A DNA stretch of 64,000 nt from Longimicrobiales bacterium (GCA_965202985.1 CBDBCF010000001.1:992001-1056000), one strand, 5' to 3'; numbered from the stretch's first letter, positions 18,899 to 28,794 are shown. Program-made: numbers and translations. Notes: a model not told the origin generated them from the letters alone.

Positions 18899-21183
18899 TG
18901 CATCCGGCGCGCAGCGTCCAGTCCATGCGGTTGTCCGTCGCGACCGCCCTTGCCCCCGGCCTGTTCGGGGTGGCCGGCCTTTGGGCGCTGGCCAGCCTGC
19001 TTGCCTTGCCCGCCGCGGGCCAGACCCTTGCCGTGACGGGCGGCACCGTCATCGACGGCACCGGCGCCGCTGCCGTCGCCGACGCCACGGTGCTGGTGCG
19101 CGACGGCCGTATCGTGGCGGTCGGCGCGGCAGAGGACGTGCCCGTGCCCGCAGGCGCCGCGGTCCTGGACGCCCGGGGAAAGTACGTGATCCCGGGTTTG
19201 ATCGACGCCAACCTTCATCTGTTCCTCAATATCGATCTGGAGACGCTGGTCAAGTACGAAGGTCGGTACCACGAGATCGTTCTGGAGGCCGCCCAGATCG
19301 CGCTCAAGTCGGGCCAGACCACGGTGTTCGACACGTGGGGCCCCCGAGACGCGCTGGCCACCGCCCGCGACATGATCAACCGGGGCGACGCGCCGGGGAG
19401 CCGCATCTACTTGGCGGGGAACATCATCGGCTTCGACGGGCCTCTGTCGGCGGACTTCCGGGAAGCGGCCGCGGCTCACGTCAGCAAGGCGTTCGCGGGC
19501 CGCATCAACGAGACTTGGGAGCAGGGCACCGGGCGGGCTCTGCTGTGGATGCCGCCGGACTCCGTGCGCGCGAAGGTTCGGGAGTACGCGGGCACGGGCG
19601 TGGACTTCCTCAAGTACGGCGCCAGCGGGCACGTGGACATGAACTTCGTGTCGTTTTCGCCGGCCCAGCAGCGGGCGATCGTGGAAGAGGGACGCCGGGC
19701 CGGGTTGACCGTGCAGACGCACACGACCTCCGTGGAGAGCTTCGACATGGCCGTCGAGGCCGGCGTGGACTTGATCACGCACTGCGGCATTACGGGACCC
19801 ACCCATCGCTTGCCCCTCGAGTACGTGCGGAAGCTGGTGGACCGAGGCGTCGCCTGCTCGGTGCTGCCGATTACGCAACGACGGCTGGACGCCCTCCGGA
19901 AGGAGGCGCCGGACGGCACGCTGGCGACGTACATGAAGGTGGGCAAGGAAAACCACCGCGCCTTGATCCGCGCCGGCGCGGTGCTGCTGGTGTCCACCGA
20001 CGCGGGGATAGAGAACCCCGTTCTGCGCGCGGAATCGCCCACGCTGGCCGCCGACACGGTCGATCCGCGGGTGAAGCTCGGCGAGGGTCACTTCAACGCC
20101 CTGGCGGCGCTGGAGGAGATGGGCATGGCGCCGATGGAGATCCTAAAGTCCGCCACCAGCCACGTCGCTCGGGCCTACAAGGTGAACGCCGAGATCGGCG
20201 CCCTGGAGCCCGGCAAGGCCGCCGACATGGTCGTGCTGGATGCGAATCCGCTGGCCAGCGCCCTCAACTACCGGCGAATCCACGCCGTGATCCAGGGCGG
20301 GCGCGTGGTGGACCGGGACGCGTTGCCGGTCACGCCGCGCATCAGCTCCATGCAGCCCCCGAAGGCGGAGAGCGCTTCAAGCAACACGCGACCGGATGTG
20401 GAAGCCGGCGCCACCGACGGCGCGCCGGAGTCCGAGACCGGCGCAGGCGATGCGGGACCGGAGACCGAGGCGAACGAAGGCAACACGGACAGAGCTGGAC
20501 CGGCGGCTTCGTACCGCGCCTCCGTTTCGTTCGAGGTGGTCGACGCGGACCTTCCTCCCGACCCCGGCATCGAGGCGGCGATTGCGCCGTTTCGCGCGCA
20601 GATGCAGGCCGAAATGCAAGAGGTGGTGGGCCGGGCGACGGGTGCGTTCGTCAAGGACGACCCGGAAGGGGCGCTGGACAACTTGGTGGCGGACGCGGTT
20701 CTTGCGGGGGCCAGGCGCCGTTCGCGCGACACGGTGCACGCCGCCTTGGTCAACGACGGCGGGTTGCGCGTGCCGGTCGCGGCCGGTCCGATCCTCGTGC
20801 GACATGCGTACGAGCTGCTACCGTTCGAGAACTACGTTGTCGTGCTGGACCTGACGGGAGAACAGATGGAGAGACTGGCGAACGAAGTGGCGCGCACCAA
20901 CGGCGAGCCGATCGCCGGCTGGACGCTGATTCTGGAGGGCGGGACGGCGGCGAGCGCGCTCGTGGGCGGGAATCGAATCGAGCCGGACGCCACGTACCGG
21001 GTAGCCACGGTGGACTACTTGACGGACGGCGGGGGCACGTGGAGCGTGCTGTGGGAAGTTGCGCCCGAAGATCGAGAGGAGTTGGCCGTGCTGATTCGAG
21101 ACGTGTTCCTGGAGTACGTGCGGGAGCAAGAAGTCGTCAGCCCGAAGCTGGACGGCCGAGTTCGGCGCCGGGGGCCGGCATGA
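18898..21183 (+). CDS. Secreted amidohydrolase fused to a 5'-nucleotidase C-terminal domain
   Basis: Signal peptide; amidohydrolase motifs PGLIDANLH, LKYG, QTH, ITH, STDAG, GALEPGKAADMVVL; acidic linker; then NLVADA...NDGGLR...ELLPFEN...YRVATVDYLTDGG. Confidence 0.8.
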   Translation: MHPARSVQSMRLSVATALAPGLFGVAGLWALASLLALPAAGQTLAVTGGTVIDGTGAAAVADATVLVRDGRIVAVGAAEDVPVPAGAAVLDARGKYVIPGLIDANLHLFLNIDLETLVKYEGRYHEIVLEAAQIALKSGQTTVFDTWGPRDALATARDMINRGDAPGSRIYLAGNIIGFDGPLSADFREAAAAHVSKAFAGRINETWEQGTGRALLWMPPDSVRAKVREYAGTGVDFLKYGASGHVDMNFVSFSPAQQRAIVEEGRRAGLTVQTHTTSVESFDMAVEAGVDLITHCGITGPTHRLPLEYVRKLVDRGVACSVLPITQRRLDALRKEAPDGTLATYMKVGKENHRALIRAGAVLLVSTDAGIENPVLRAESPTLAADTVDPRVKLGEGHFNALAALEEMGMAPMEILKSATSHVARAYKVNAEIGALEPGKAADMVVLDANPLASALNYRRIHAVIQGGRVVDRDALPVTPRISSMQPPKAESASSNTRPDVEAGATDGAPESETGAGDAGPETEANEGNTDRAGPAASYRASVSFEVVDADLPPDPGIEAAIAPFRAQMQAEMQEVVGRATGAFVKDDPEGALDNLVADAVLAGARRRSRDTVHAALVNDGGLRVPVAAGPILVRHAYELLPFENYVVVLDLTGEQMERLANEVARTNGEPIAGWTLILEGGTAASALVGGNRIEPDATYRVATVDYLTDGGGTWSVLWEVAPEDREELAVLIRDVFLEYVREQEVVSPKLDGRVRRRGPA

Positions 21184-22181
21184 ACCGTCGCGACTTCGTG
21201 CGCACGCTGGGCGCAGGCGGAGCAGCCGGAGCAGCGGGCTTGGTCGCCGGGGCGACGCACGCTCGCGCGCTTCCCTTGCCGGCCGTCGCGTCGGCCCCGC
21301 CGTTTCCCAGCCGCCCTGCGCCGTACGGTCCGCTGACCGACGACACGCTCGCCCTGGTCGTCCTGCACACCAACGACACCCATTCGCGGCTGGATCCGTT
21401 CCCCATGGACGGGGGACGCTTCGAGGGGCTGGGCGGATCTGCCCGACGCGCCACCCTCGTGCGCCGGATACGCGACGCCAACGAGCACGTGTTGCTGTTG
21501 GACGCGGGCGACATCTTTCAGGGAACGCCCTACTTCAACTTCTTCGGGGGCGAGCTGGAGTTTCGCGTCATGACGGAGATGGGCTACGACGCCGCCACCT
21601 TGGGCAACCACGACTTCGACAACGGCGTGGACGGCTTGGTGTCGATGCTGCCTCACGCCGGGTTCGACTTCGTGTCCGCCAACTACGAGATCGACGATCC
21701 GACCTTGGCCGAGCACGTTTCGCGGTACGTGGTACGGGAGTTCGGCGGCGTCAAGGTGGGAATCTTCGGTCTGGGGATCGCCTTTCGGGGCCTGGTGTTG
21801 CCTGCTCTTCACGAGGGCGTCCGCTATCGCGACCCGATCGCTGCCGCGCGGTCCGTCGCGCGCGAACTGCGCGACATGGGTTGTGCGCTAGTGATCTGCC
21901 TGTCGCACCTGGGCTACACCTACTCGAACCCTACGCGCCCCAGCGACAGGATGGTGGCAACGTCGGTCCAGGAAATCGACCTGGTCCTGGGCGGGCACAC
22001 GCACACGTTCCTGGACGACGCCGAGTCGTTCGGCGAAGGGACTTCCGGCTTCACGCTGGTCAACCAAGTGGGTTGGGGCGGCATGAGGTTGGGAAGGATC
22101 GATGTGGCCTTCGACGGCACCGGACGCACGTCCGGTTGGGGAGCGGCCGGCTACGACGTGGACGCCCGCTACGACCGATAG
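21180..22181 (+). CDS. Tat-exported metallophosphoesterase (5'-nucleotidase N-terminal catalytic half)
   Basis: MNRRDFV Tat motif; LHTNDTHS, DAGD, GNHDFD, LSHLG, GGHTH. Confidence 0.9.
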   Translation: MNRRDFVRTLGAGGAAGAAGLVAGATHARALPLPAVASAPPFPSRPAPYGPLTDDTLALVVLHTNDTHSRLDPFPMDGGRFEGLGGSARRATLVRRIRDANEHVLLLDAGDIFQGTPYFNFFGGELEFRVMTEMGYDAATLGNHDFDNGVDGLVSMLPHAGFDFVSANYEIDDPTLAEHVSRYVVREFGGVKVGIFGLGIAFRGLVLPALHEGVRYRDPIAAARSVARELRDMGCALVICLSHLGYTYSNPTRPSDRMVATSVQEIDLVLGGHTHTFLDDAESFGEGTSGFTLVNQVGWGGMRLGRIDVAFDGTGRTSGWGAAGYDVDARYDR

Positions 22182-22185
22182 GAGG

Positions 22186-23340
22186 TCAGCGCACGCCGCC
22201 GTTGAAGGAGCCGCTCGCCGTCGGTTCGATCTTGTACGCGGACTTGCCGGCGCCGGACACCGCGTTGCGCTCCACCACCGCATCTTCCGCCTGGCGAACA
22301 AGGATGCCGTGCTGCATCCACGGGTCGGGCCGGTCGTCGCGAACCGTGTTGCCGACGACGACCGCGCGTTGGGAAGGTCCTTCCGCGGTGCCGCTCACCA
22401 CGATGCCCACCACCTCGGAAGACGAGTCGGGACCGGGAGCGCGAACGCCGGTATCCAGCACGTGGTTGCCGGCAATTCTGCCGTCGATCACGCCGACTTG
22501 GCCGATCCCGTGCCAGGCCGACCGGCGCGCGACGTTGTTCCTGAACTCGATCCGCCGCGCGCGCAGCGCTCGGTGGTTGAACTCGGCCCAGAGTCCTCGG
22601 TTGCAACCCTCGATCTCGACGCCTTCCACGACAACGTCTTCGCAAGCCACGGACGGGTCGGTGCTGTTGAAGGTGACGCCTTGGCCGTCCTCCGTACCCA
22701 GGAACCCGTCGTCGATGTTGCGGACGCAACCGCCGTAGACGCGCCAGTTCGCCCATCCCTGGTTCTCCTTGTCGCCCTCGTATTGGTCGCGAATGGGCGC
22801 ATGGCACTGAATCCCGTTGTTGCGGCAGCTCGAGATTCGTGGGCCAACCCATACGACGTTGCGACACTTGTACAACTTGGCCCCTTCCTCGATCCCGTCG
22901 GCGATCTCCACGTGGTCGAAGAACAGGTTGTCCACGCGCACGAGAAAGAAGGCGCTCACCGTGTCGCCCAAGGTACCGGCGGGCCGGCTCAGCTCGAAGC
23001 GCCCGCCCAGCACGCGCAGGCCGTCGCACCTGCCGCGACGGTCGTAGAACAGGTGCTCGGTGTTGGTATTGCCGAACCGGCCTTCGGGATGCTTGCGGAC
23101 GACGGCTTCGCGACACTCGATCGTGAGCTCCGGCGGGGCCGCCTCTCCCAGATCGACTCCGTCGATCAAGTAGGTGCGTCCTCCGGGGAACAGGACCGTG
23201 TCGCCCGCAACGGCGTCGGACATGGCGTCTCGAACGGCTGCGGTGTCGTCGGTTCGTCCGTCGCCTCGAGCTCCGTACCGGGGAGACGCAACATCCAGGA
23301 CGCGGCCCGCAGTCCGTCGCTTCAGCCTAGCGTGCGCCAC
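22186..23340 (-). CDS. Right-handed beta-helix (pectate-lyase-like) protein
   Basis: YGARGDGRTDDTAA N-terminal motif followed by repeated beta-helix/Asn-ladder segments; start uncertain. Confidence 0.7.
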   Translation of the reverse strand: MAHARLKRRTAGRVLDVASPRYGARGDGRTDDTAAVRDAMSDAVAGDTVLFPGGRTYLIDGVDLGEAAPPELTIECREAVVRKHPEGRFGNTNTEHLFYDRRGRCDGLRVLGGRFELSRPAGTLGDTVSAFFLVRVDNLFFDHVEIADGIEEGAKLYKCRNVVWVGPRISSCRNNGIQCHAPIRDQYEGDKENQGWANWRVYGGCVRNIDDGFLGTEDGQGVTFNSTDPSVACEDVVVEGVEIEGCNRGLWAEFNHRALRARRIEFRNNVARRSAWHGIGQVGVIDGRIAGNHVLDTGVRAPGPDSSSEVVGIVVSGTAEGPSQRAVVVGNTVRDDRPDPWMQHGILVRQAEDAVVERNAVSGAGKSAYKIEPTASGSFNGGVR

Positions 23341-23443
23341 GACATGACTCCTTTCCTGGGACGAGACGCGCCAGCGGGACCGTCAAGGTACGATGAGGCC
23401 GGTGGGCGACGGGTGCAACCACGAGCGCTCGAGTTTGCGCAAC

Positions 23444-25501
23444 CTACGGGCTCGCTCGTTCCAGGAGCTGGTCGTGGAGCTCGGCGGCAGTCGCGAGCAG
23501 CTGCGGTCCCACTTCGCTGCAAGCGTCCGCACGGCAAAACGGCGCCCGGATTCGCCGGCCCGTGGCGGAAAGAACGCGGGATTCGGCTTCGCCCAAGCTC
23601 ACGCGGGCGGCAATGCGTTCGAGTTCGGCGTCCGGTTCCGCGCACAACCTGTCGTAGCTGATCAGCACCGCGTCGGCCGGAGCCGAACTCAAGACGTGGG
23701 CATATGCGGCGCACCAGTACTCGAGCCAGTACCGAGCCGTCCCGGCGTGCTCGCGCGCGTCGCACCCGGTCACGTCGCCGTAGGGGAACCGGATGGGCCG
23801 CAAGTTGGCTCCGAACTCGAAGTGCCCCAGGTCCCTCATGTATCGGCGAGCAAACGGCTGCGCGGCGTGAATCCGGCAGAAGCGCAAGTGCTGTCGGAGC
23901 AGCGATCCGACTTGGTCGGCGGGCGCACGGAACGGCACGAGAAATACGGCATCGGGAAACAGCTCGCGGATCGCCGGAAACCGCGCGATGTTCGCGTTGT
24001 TCTTGGAGAGGTAGCGTCGCGGCGGACCTTCTCGGAAGCTGTCCGACGCGCGGCGGAGCGCAACGACCTTGGCGACGTGTGCAAGAAAGAATCTCCGAAA
24101 TTCTCCGTGGCGACGGGCGTCGGCGGCAGTCCAAAGGCCAACTTTGTCGCCTGCGTACTTCTCGGGCCAGAACGCGCACCACAGCACTTCCTCGAACGCC
24201 TCAGGGCTGTCGAATCCAACGGTCATGCCGTCTCCGTGGGCGCGGGCGACGGACGTCGAGGAACGGCGGAAGCGTCGCGAAAAGGAGTTCCACAGCAGAG
24301 GAGTCAGCAGGAACGGCATGTCGCGATAGGTGTGCGCAGCAAAGACTCCGACGGCAAACAATGCGTTCAGCAACAAGGTCGTTCCGGCTCGCGGCAATCC
24401 CGCAACGAAGACCGGCCGACCGACGGCTGCGTCGCGGATTCGTCGGCCGCAGAGTCGGCTTTCGACGTCTGCGACGGACTTCTGCAGCTCGAGCACGGAG
24501 AACGCCGCCCTGTGCAGCATCCGGTCCAGGACGGCGTATCGCGCCGGGCCTGCCGTCACATCACGCTCGGAAAGACGTACACGACCACGGCCAGCGCCGC
24601 CGCAAGCAAGGCCGCCGGACCGCGACGGCGAAGCCGGGAGGCCGGGCCGCGCTGGCATGCTTCCGTCGTGTTGTTCTCCACCTGAGGCCTCCGCAGCATT
24701 CGCTCTCGGCACGACCTTGAAGAGATGGCCGGAAGGACCCAGCAGATGCGCAAGTCGTCGTCTGGCCGAGACCGGCAACAAGGATCCAAGCAATCGATAC
24801 CCGGTGTGGTAGAAGGGTATCGGCCGTTCCTGGATCACGGTCCACCCGTTCCGGACAAAGTGGGCGCGCCACCAAGCGGGGCGAAGGAACCACGGTTCGG
24901 TGAAGGCGTTGCCACGCACTCCGACGGACCGGGGCACTAGGCATCTCCGCAAGATCTCGGCTGTTGCGCGCCTCGCGGGCGGGGCAACCGGCGGGGCGGG
25001 ATAGAACTCCGGGGCACCTTCGCGTCGCGCCAGTCGCTCCACGGCCGACTTGAGCAGGAACACATGATAGAACACGAGACGCCAGATGGCCCAGAAGTGA
25101 GTCGGAACGACATGGACGCACGAACCGCCGGGCCGAAGGATCCGCGCCAGTTCTCGGTGCAGGGCGCGGGGGTCCGCGACGCACGGCATCACCATGCTGG
25201 ACAGTGCGACGTCGAACGACTTGTCGGCGAACGGCAATCGGCGACCATCGTACTGCATGACGTTGGCAAACATTCCGGGCGCGTGACAGGAGCTTGGAAG
25301 GTCCACGGAAACGACGGGGTAGCCTCGTTGGCTCAGAAGGTGCGCTTGGTAGCCCGTGCCGCCGCCGATCTCGACAATCCGCGTCCCGCGGGGTATGGAC
25401 TTCACGATCTCCGACAGCTCGAACCGCCGGAGCCGATGAAGATAGTCGACAAACCAGCGCGCGTTCCAGTCGATGGGCCGCAGCAAGGCGGCACGGTTCA
25501 C
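23444..25501 (-). CDS. Class I SAM methyltransferase fused in frame to a sulfotransferase
   Basis: GTG 25501 overlaps upstream stop. VEIGGGTG, LPFADKSFD, RILRPGG; then PAPS loop VAGLPRAGTT, PEAFEE..W, YLSKNN, FRAP. A possible internal GTG start lies at 24559. Confidence 0.75.
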   Translation of the reverse strand: MNRAALLRPIDWNARWFVDYLHRLRRFELSEIVKSIPRGTRIVEIGGGTGYQAHLLSQRGYPVVSVDLPSSCHAPGMFANVMQYDGRRLPFADKSFDVALSSMVMPCVADPRALHRELARILRPGGSCVHVVPTHFWAIWRLVFYHVFLLKSAVERLARREGAPEFYPAPPVAPPARRATAEILRRCLVPRSVGVRGNAFTEPWFLRPAWWRAHFVRNGWTVIQERPIPFYHTGYRLLGSLLPVSARRRLAHLLGPSGHLFKVVPRANAAEASGGEQHDGSMPARPGLPASPSRSGGLACGGAGRGRVRLSERDVTAGPARYAVLDRMLHRAAFSVLELQKSVADVESRLCGRRIRDAAVGRPVFVAGLPRAGTTLLLNALFAVGVFAAHTYRDMPFLLTPLLWNSFSRRFRRSSTSVARAHGDGMTVGFDSPEAFEEVLWCAFWPEKYAGDKVGLWTAADARRHGEFRRFFLAHVAKVVALRRASDSFREGPPRRYLSKNNANIARFPAIRELFPDAVFLVPFRAPADQVGSLLRQHLRFCRIHAAQPFARRYMRDLGHFEFGANLRPIRFPYGDVTGCDAREHAGTARYWLEYWCAAYAHVLSSAPADAVLISYDRLCAEPDAELERIAARVSLGEAESRVLSATGRRIRAPFCRADACSEVGPQLLATAAELHDQLLERASP

Positions 25502-26526
25502 GTGCCCGATCTCCCCGACGGATCGGACCGATCTTCGAACCACGAACGGAATTCCGTCAGTGTCATCGGCAAGAAGCCGTTGCGCACGACGCTGAAGAGT
25601 CGCTCCAGGTCGGCATAGAGCTGTTCCACGTTCGACGCCGTGCGCATGCGCGGGCTGCCCCCCGGCATGAGTTCCGACGAGTGAATCATGAACTCGAGGT
25701 GCGTTCTTGCCAAAGCGCCGACGGCCACCTTCTTTGCCTGACGCACGGCACCGCGGAAGCTCCGCCTTCGCAGCGCCCATCTAGGGTACGTCGGGTACAA
25801 CCAATCCAGCGCCGGGAACAAGCGACTTGCCACGTGCTTGTGCCAATCGCGCCTGCACCCCGGCCTGGGCGCGCGCAGCCACATCGGCCATCGCCGGAAG
25901 ATCGAGACGGGCACCTCGAGCAACGACGAGGCGCCGGGACGAGACACATCGTCGAGATCGATCCAGTAGGCGGCCTCCGGAAACACCGTGTAGTCGGGAC
26001 CAAAGCCGGCCGGCCCTCCCGGGCAGCGCGTCCAGTCGACGTGGGGCGTCACCGAGCAGTCCACCAGGAAACCCCTTTCCGCAAGGATTCGGGCATAACG
26101 CTCGTCAAAGGCAAAGCGTCCCCCCCGATGACTCGCAACCGCAACGTCGAAGACGTCCTCCAGCAGCGAGGCGACGCGATGAACCTTGTCGCGCATGACC
26201 GGCTCCGCGTATTCGGTAAGGTACGGGCACCGACGAACCGCCGCGGGCGATGCTGGCGGCGGCGTATTCCAAGCGTGCAGGTGCATGCCCACTTCTCCTG
26301 TGCCCCGAGCGACGACTTCTCGGCCCAGTTCGACGAACGCCGGCGACTGCGCCATGACATAGTCGACCAAGTAGGTGACCTTGAGTCCGTATCGCTCGCA
26401 CAGCGCTTGGAAGCGAGGGACGTAGGCCGCGTTCCTGGTCATGGCGCGCTCGGGCATGGACCAAAGGTCGTCGCCCTCCGCGTCGACCGTGATCAGGAAC
26501 GGGACCGGGGCTTCCGGAGCGGTCAT
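25498..26526 (-). CDS. Polysaccharide deacetylase (WalW/NodB-like)
   Basis: FLITVDAEGD, EVGMHLHAWNTPP, SHRGGRF, VDCSVTP, LLEVPV, FMIHSSEL; ATGA coupling to GT4. Confidence 0.8.
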   Translation of the reverse strand: MTAPEAPVPFLITVDAEGDDLWSMPERAMTRNAAYVPRFQALCERYGLKVTYLVDYVMAQSPAFVELGREVVARGTGEVGMHLHAWNTPPPASPAAVRRCPYLTEYAEPVMRDKVHRVASLLEDVFDVAVASHRGGRFAFDERYARILAERGFLVDCSVTPHVDWTRCPGGPAGFGPDYTVFPEAAYWIDLDDVSRPGASSLLEVPVSIFRRWPMWLRAPRPGCRRDWHKHVASRLFPALDWLYPTYPRWALRRRSFRGAVRQAKKVAVGALARTHLEFMIHSSELMPGGSPRMRTASNVEQLYADLERLFSVVRNGFLPMTLTEFRSWFEDRSDPSGRSGT

Positions 26527-27659
26527 CGTGGGCCGCACAGCGTGCGCAGGTCCGTCGCCATGCGCTCGAACCAGCGCGTGCTGCGATAGCGCTCTCCTTG
26601 CCGGCGGGCGCCCTTGCACAACTGCTTGTACAGGCCGGGGTCGCCCAGAAGTCGTTCCACGGCCGCCCGCACCGCCTCGGCGGACCGCGGCTGCACAAGG
26701 ATGCCGTTGACTTCGTGCTCGACCACCTCCGCAACCCCGCCCCAATCCGAGGCCACGACGGGAAGGCCGCATTGGAATGCCTCCAGAATCGTGCCGGGAT
26801 AGCCTTCGCGGCCGCAGTAGCTGGGCGCCAGCAACAGATCGTGGTCGCCGAGCACGCGAGGCACGTCGCCGGGTGCAAGCACGCCCCCATAGACTGCCGT
26901 CGGATGACCGTCGAACAACGAGAAATCGGTATCGGACATCCCGGGTCCGTATACGTGCAGCCGGCATGGCTCCGGCAAGCGGCGACACGCTTCCAGCGCC
27001 TCGGCCAGCCCCTTGTCCATGTGCAATCTGGCCAGGAAGACCAGTCGATGCGGCTCGCGCCGGGGGGGGACGGTCGGCGCTTGCACGTTTCGCGTATTGG
27101 GAAACCATCGAACGTTCGGGCAGCCGGCGAATTCGCGTTGGAGCGCTTGCGTCTCCACGTATATCAACGCGCTACGCATCCAGGTTCGATCCGCAAGCCA
27201 ACGTGCGATGGAGCCGTAGCGCCGGTAATGGATGCCCAGGTCCGCTCCCGTTGCTCGCATTGCCAAGTGTCGCCTCGCGATGCGGCAAACAACCCATGCG
27301 GTCAACCCCGCAACTCCCGCCGAGAATCCGGCAACGACAAGCAGTACGATGTCGCAACGGCGCACTCGCACAGCGATGCCGAAGGTCGCTTTGACGAACC
27401 TTGCGAAGCGAACGACTCGGAACGTCCACGGGGAGAGATTGGCGACGGGTCCAGACGTGTCCACGACTGCAACGTCGAAGCCGTGGCGACCCAGCTCCCG
27501 CACGATCTCTCCGATCATCAGCCTGTTTCCCCCGACAACGTTGGTCTTCGACCGTCCGCCGCCGACGGGACCCACGACGAGCACCCGGGGGCGACGGCGA
27601 GGCGGCGAGGCGCGGGCGTCTGGCCTTTCGGACTGCTTGGCGGTTATCTTTGTCCGCAT
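26523..27659 (-). CDS. Glycosyltransferase family 4 (GT-B)
   Basis: FLARL...KG, EGYPGTILEAFQCGLPVVASDWGG (EX7E). Its ATG overlaps the divergent GT2 ATG. Confidence 0.85.
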   Translation of the reverse strand: MRTKITAKQSERPDARASPPRRRPRVLVVGPVGGGRSKTNVVGGNRLMIGEIVRELGRHGFDVAVVDTSGPVANLSPWTFRVVRFARFVKATFGIAVRVRRCDIVLLVVAGFSAGVAGLTAWVVCRIARRHLAMRATGADLGIHYRRYGSIARWLADRTWMRSALIYVETQALQREFAGCPNVRWFPNTRNVQAPTVPPRREPHRLVFLARLHMDKGLAEALEACRRLPEPCRLHVYGPGMSDTDFSLFDGHPTAVYGGVLAPGDVPRVLGDHDLLLAPSYCGREGYPGTILEAFQCGLPVVASDWGGVAEVVEHEVNGILVQPRSAEAVRAAVERLLGDPGLYKQLCKGARRQGERYRSTRWFERMATDLRTLCGPR

Positions 27660-28794
27660 GAAACCTGCCCCTCCCTCGGTCTCCGTCGTCATCCCGGCTC
27701 GCAACGAGGAAGCCACGATCGGAGAAGCCCTCGATTCCGTGCTGTCCCAGGACTACCCGGGTTCCTTGGAGGTGATCGTAGCCGACGGCTCGGAAACGAC
27801 CGCCACTTCCAAGGTAATTGAAGAGCGGTACCCGTCGGTGCGGATCGTCCCCAACCCGCAACGGTTCCTTGCCCTCGGCGTCAACGCGGCGTGCCAAGTT
27901 GCTGCGGGCGACGTGATCGTGCGTTGCGACGCCCGCACGAAGTTGCCGCCCGGATACCTTCGCCGCGCCGTGGAGACCCTGCAGAGGACCGGCGCGGGCA
28001 ACGTGGGAGGCCGCCAGCAGCCGGTCGGCACCACGTTCTTCGAGCGTGTCGTCGCCATGGCGACGACGACGCCTCTGGGGGTCGGAAGATCCCGATACCG
28101 GCTGGGCGGCGCCGAGGGGCCGGTGGAGAGTGTCATCCTGGGAACGTTTTGGCGGCAGACGTGGGAGGCGGTGGACGGATACGACGAGTCGCTGCCGTGC
28201 GCGGAGGATTACGAACTGAACTGGCGGTTGCGACAACGAGGCCAAACCGTGTGGTTCGACCCCGCACTCTTTGTTTTGTACCAGCCGCGCGCAACCTTGC
28301 GGAAGCTTGCGCACCAGTATTTCCGATACGGACGATGGAAGCGCGTGGTTCTGGGGATGCACCCGCGCGCCGCATTGTCCCGTCATTTTGCCGCCTCCGC
28401 GCTCTTGTTGGGGCTGGCAACGTCTGCGGTCGCAGCAGGAGCGGGTGCGCCGTGGGCCGCGGCCGCGGCTCTGCCCATCGCTTACGCGCTTTCACTGGTC
28501 GCGGGCTCTGTGGTGGTCGGCCTGCGGCGCGGCGAGCCTGCGGCGTTGGGGCTGCCCTTTGTGCTTGCGACCATGCACTTGAGCTGGGGCGTCGGGTTCT
28601 GGACGCCGGGCCGGGCGCGGCGACCGCCTGTACGGTCGGGCGCGGAACTCGGTCCCTTTGGGCGCGACGGAAACAAGAAGCCCGTGCCCCAACTGGAATG
28701 CATGGTGGCCAGCACCAGTGGAAGCAGAAGCCCCGCCCAGTCCCGCCGGCGAACTCCGGCGATCGACGACCCGACCACCAAGGCGCCCAAGTAG
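27658..28794 (+). CDS. Glycosyltransferase family 2 (ExoA-like), opposite orientation to the rest of the cluster
   Basis: VSVVIPARNEE, VIVADG, VRCDA, EDYELNWRLR, QYFRYGRWK, HLSWGVGF. The domain ends ~28620 and the ORF then runs antisense into its paralogue. Confidence 0.85.
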   Translation: MKPAPPSVSVVIPARNEEATIGEALDSVLSQDYPGSLEVIVADGSETTATSKVIEERYPSVRIVPNPQRFLALGVNAACQVAAGDVIVRCDARTKLPPGYLRRAVETLQRTGAGNVGGRQQPVGTTFFERVVAMATTTPLGVGRSRYRLGGAEGPVESVILGTFWRQTWEAVDGYDESLPCAEDYELNWRLRQRGQTVWFDPALFVLYQPRATLRKLAHQYFRYGRWKRVVLGMHPRAALSRHFAASALLLGLATSAVAAGAGAPWAAAAALPIAYALSLVAGSVVVGLRRGEPAALGLPFVLATMHLSWGVGFWTPGRARRPPVRSGAELGPFGRDGNKKPVPQLECMVASTSGSRSPAQSRRRTPAIDDPTTKAPK

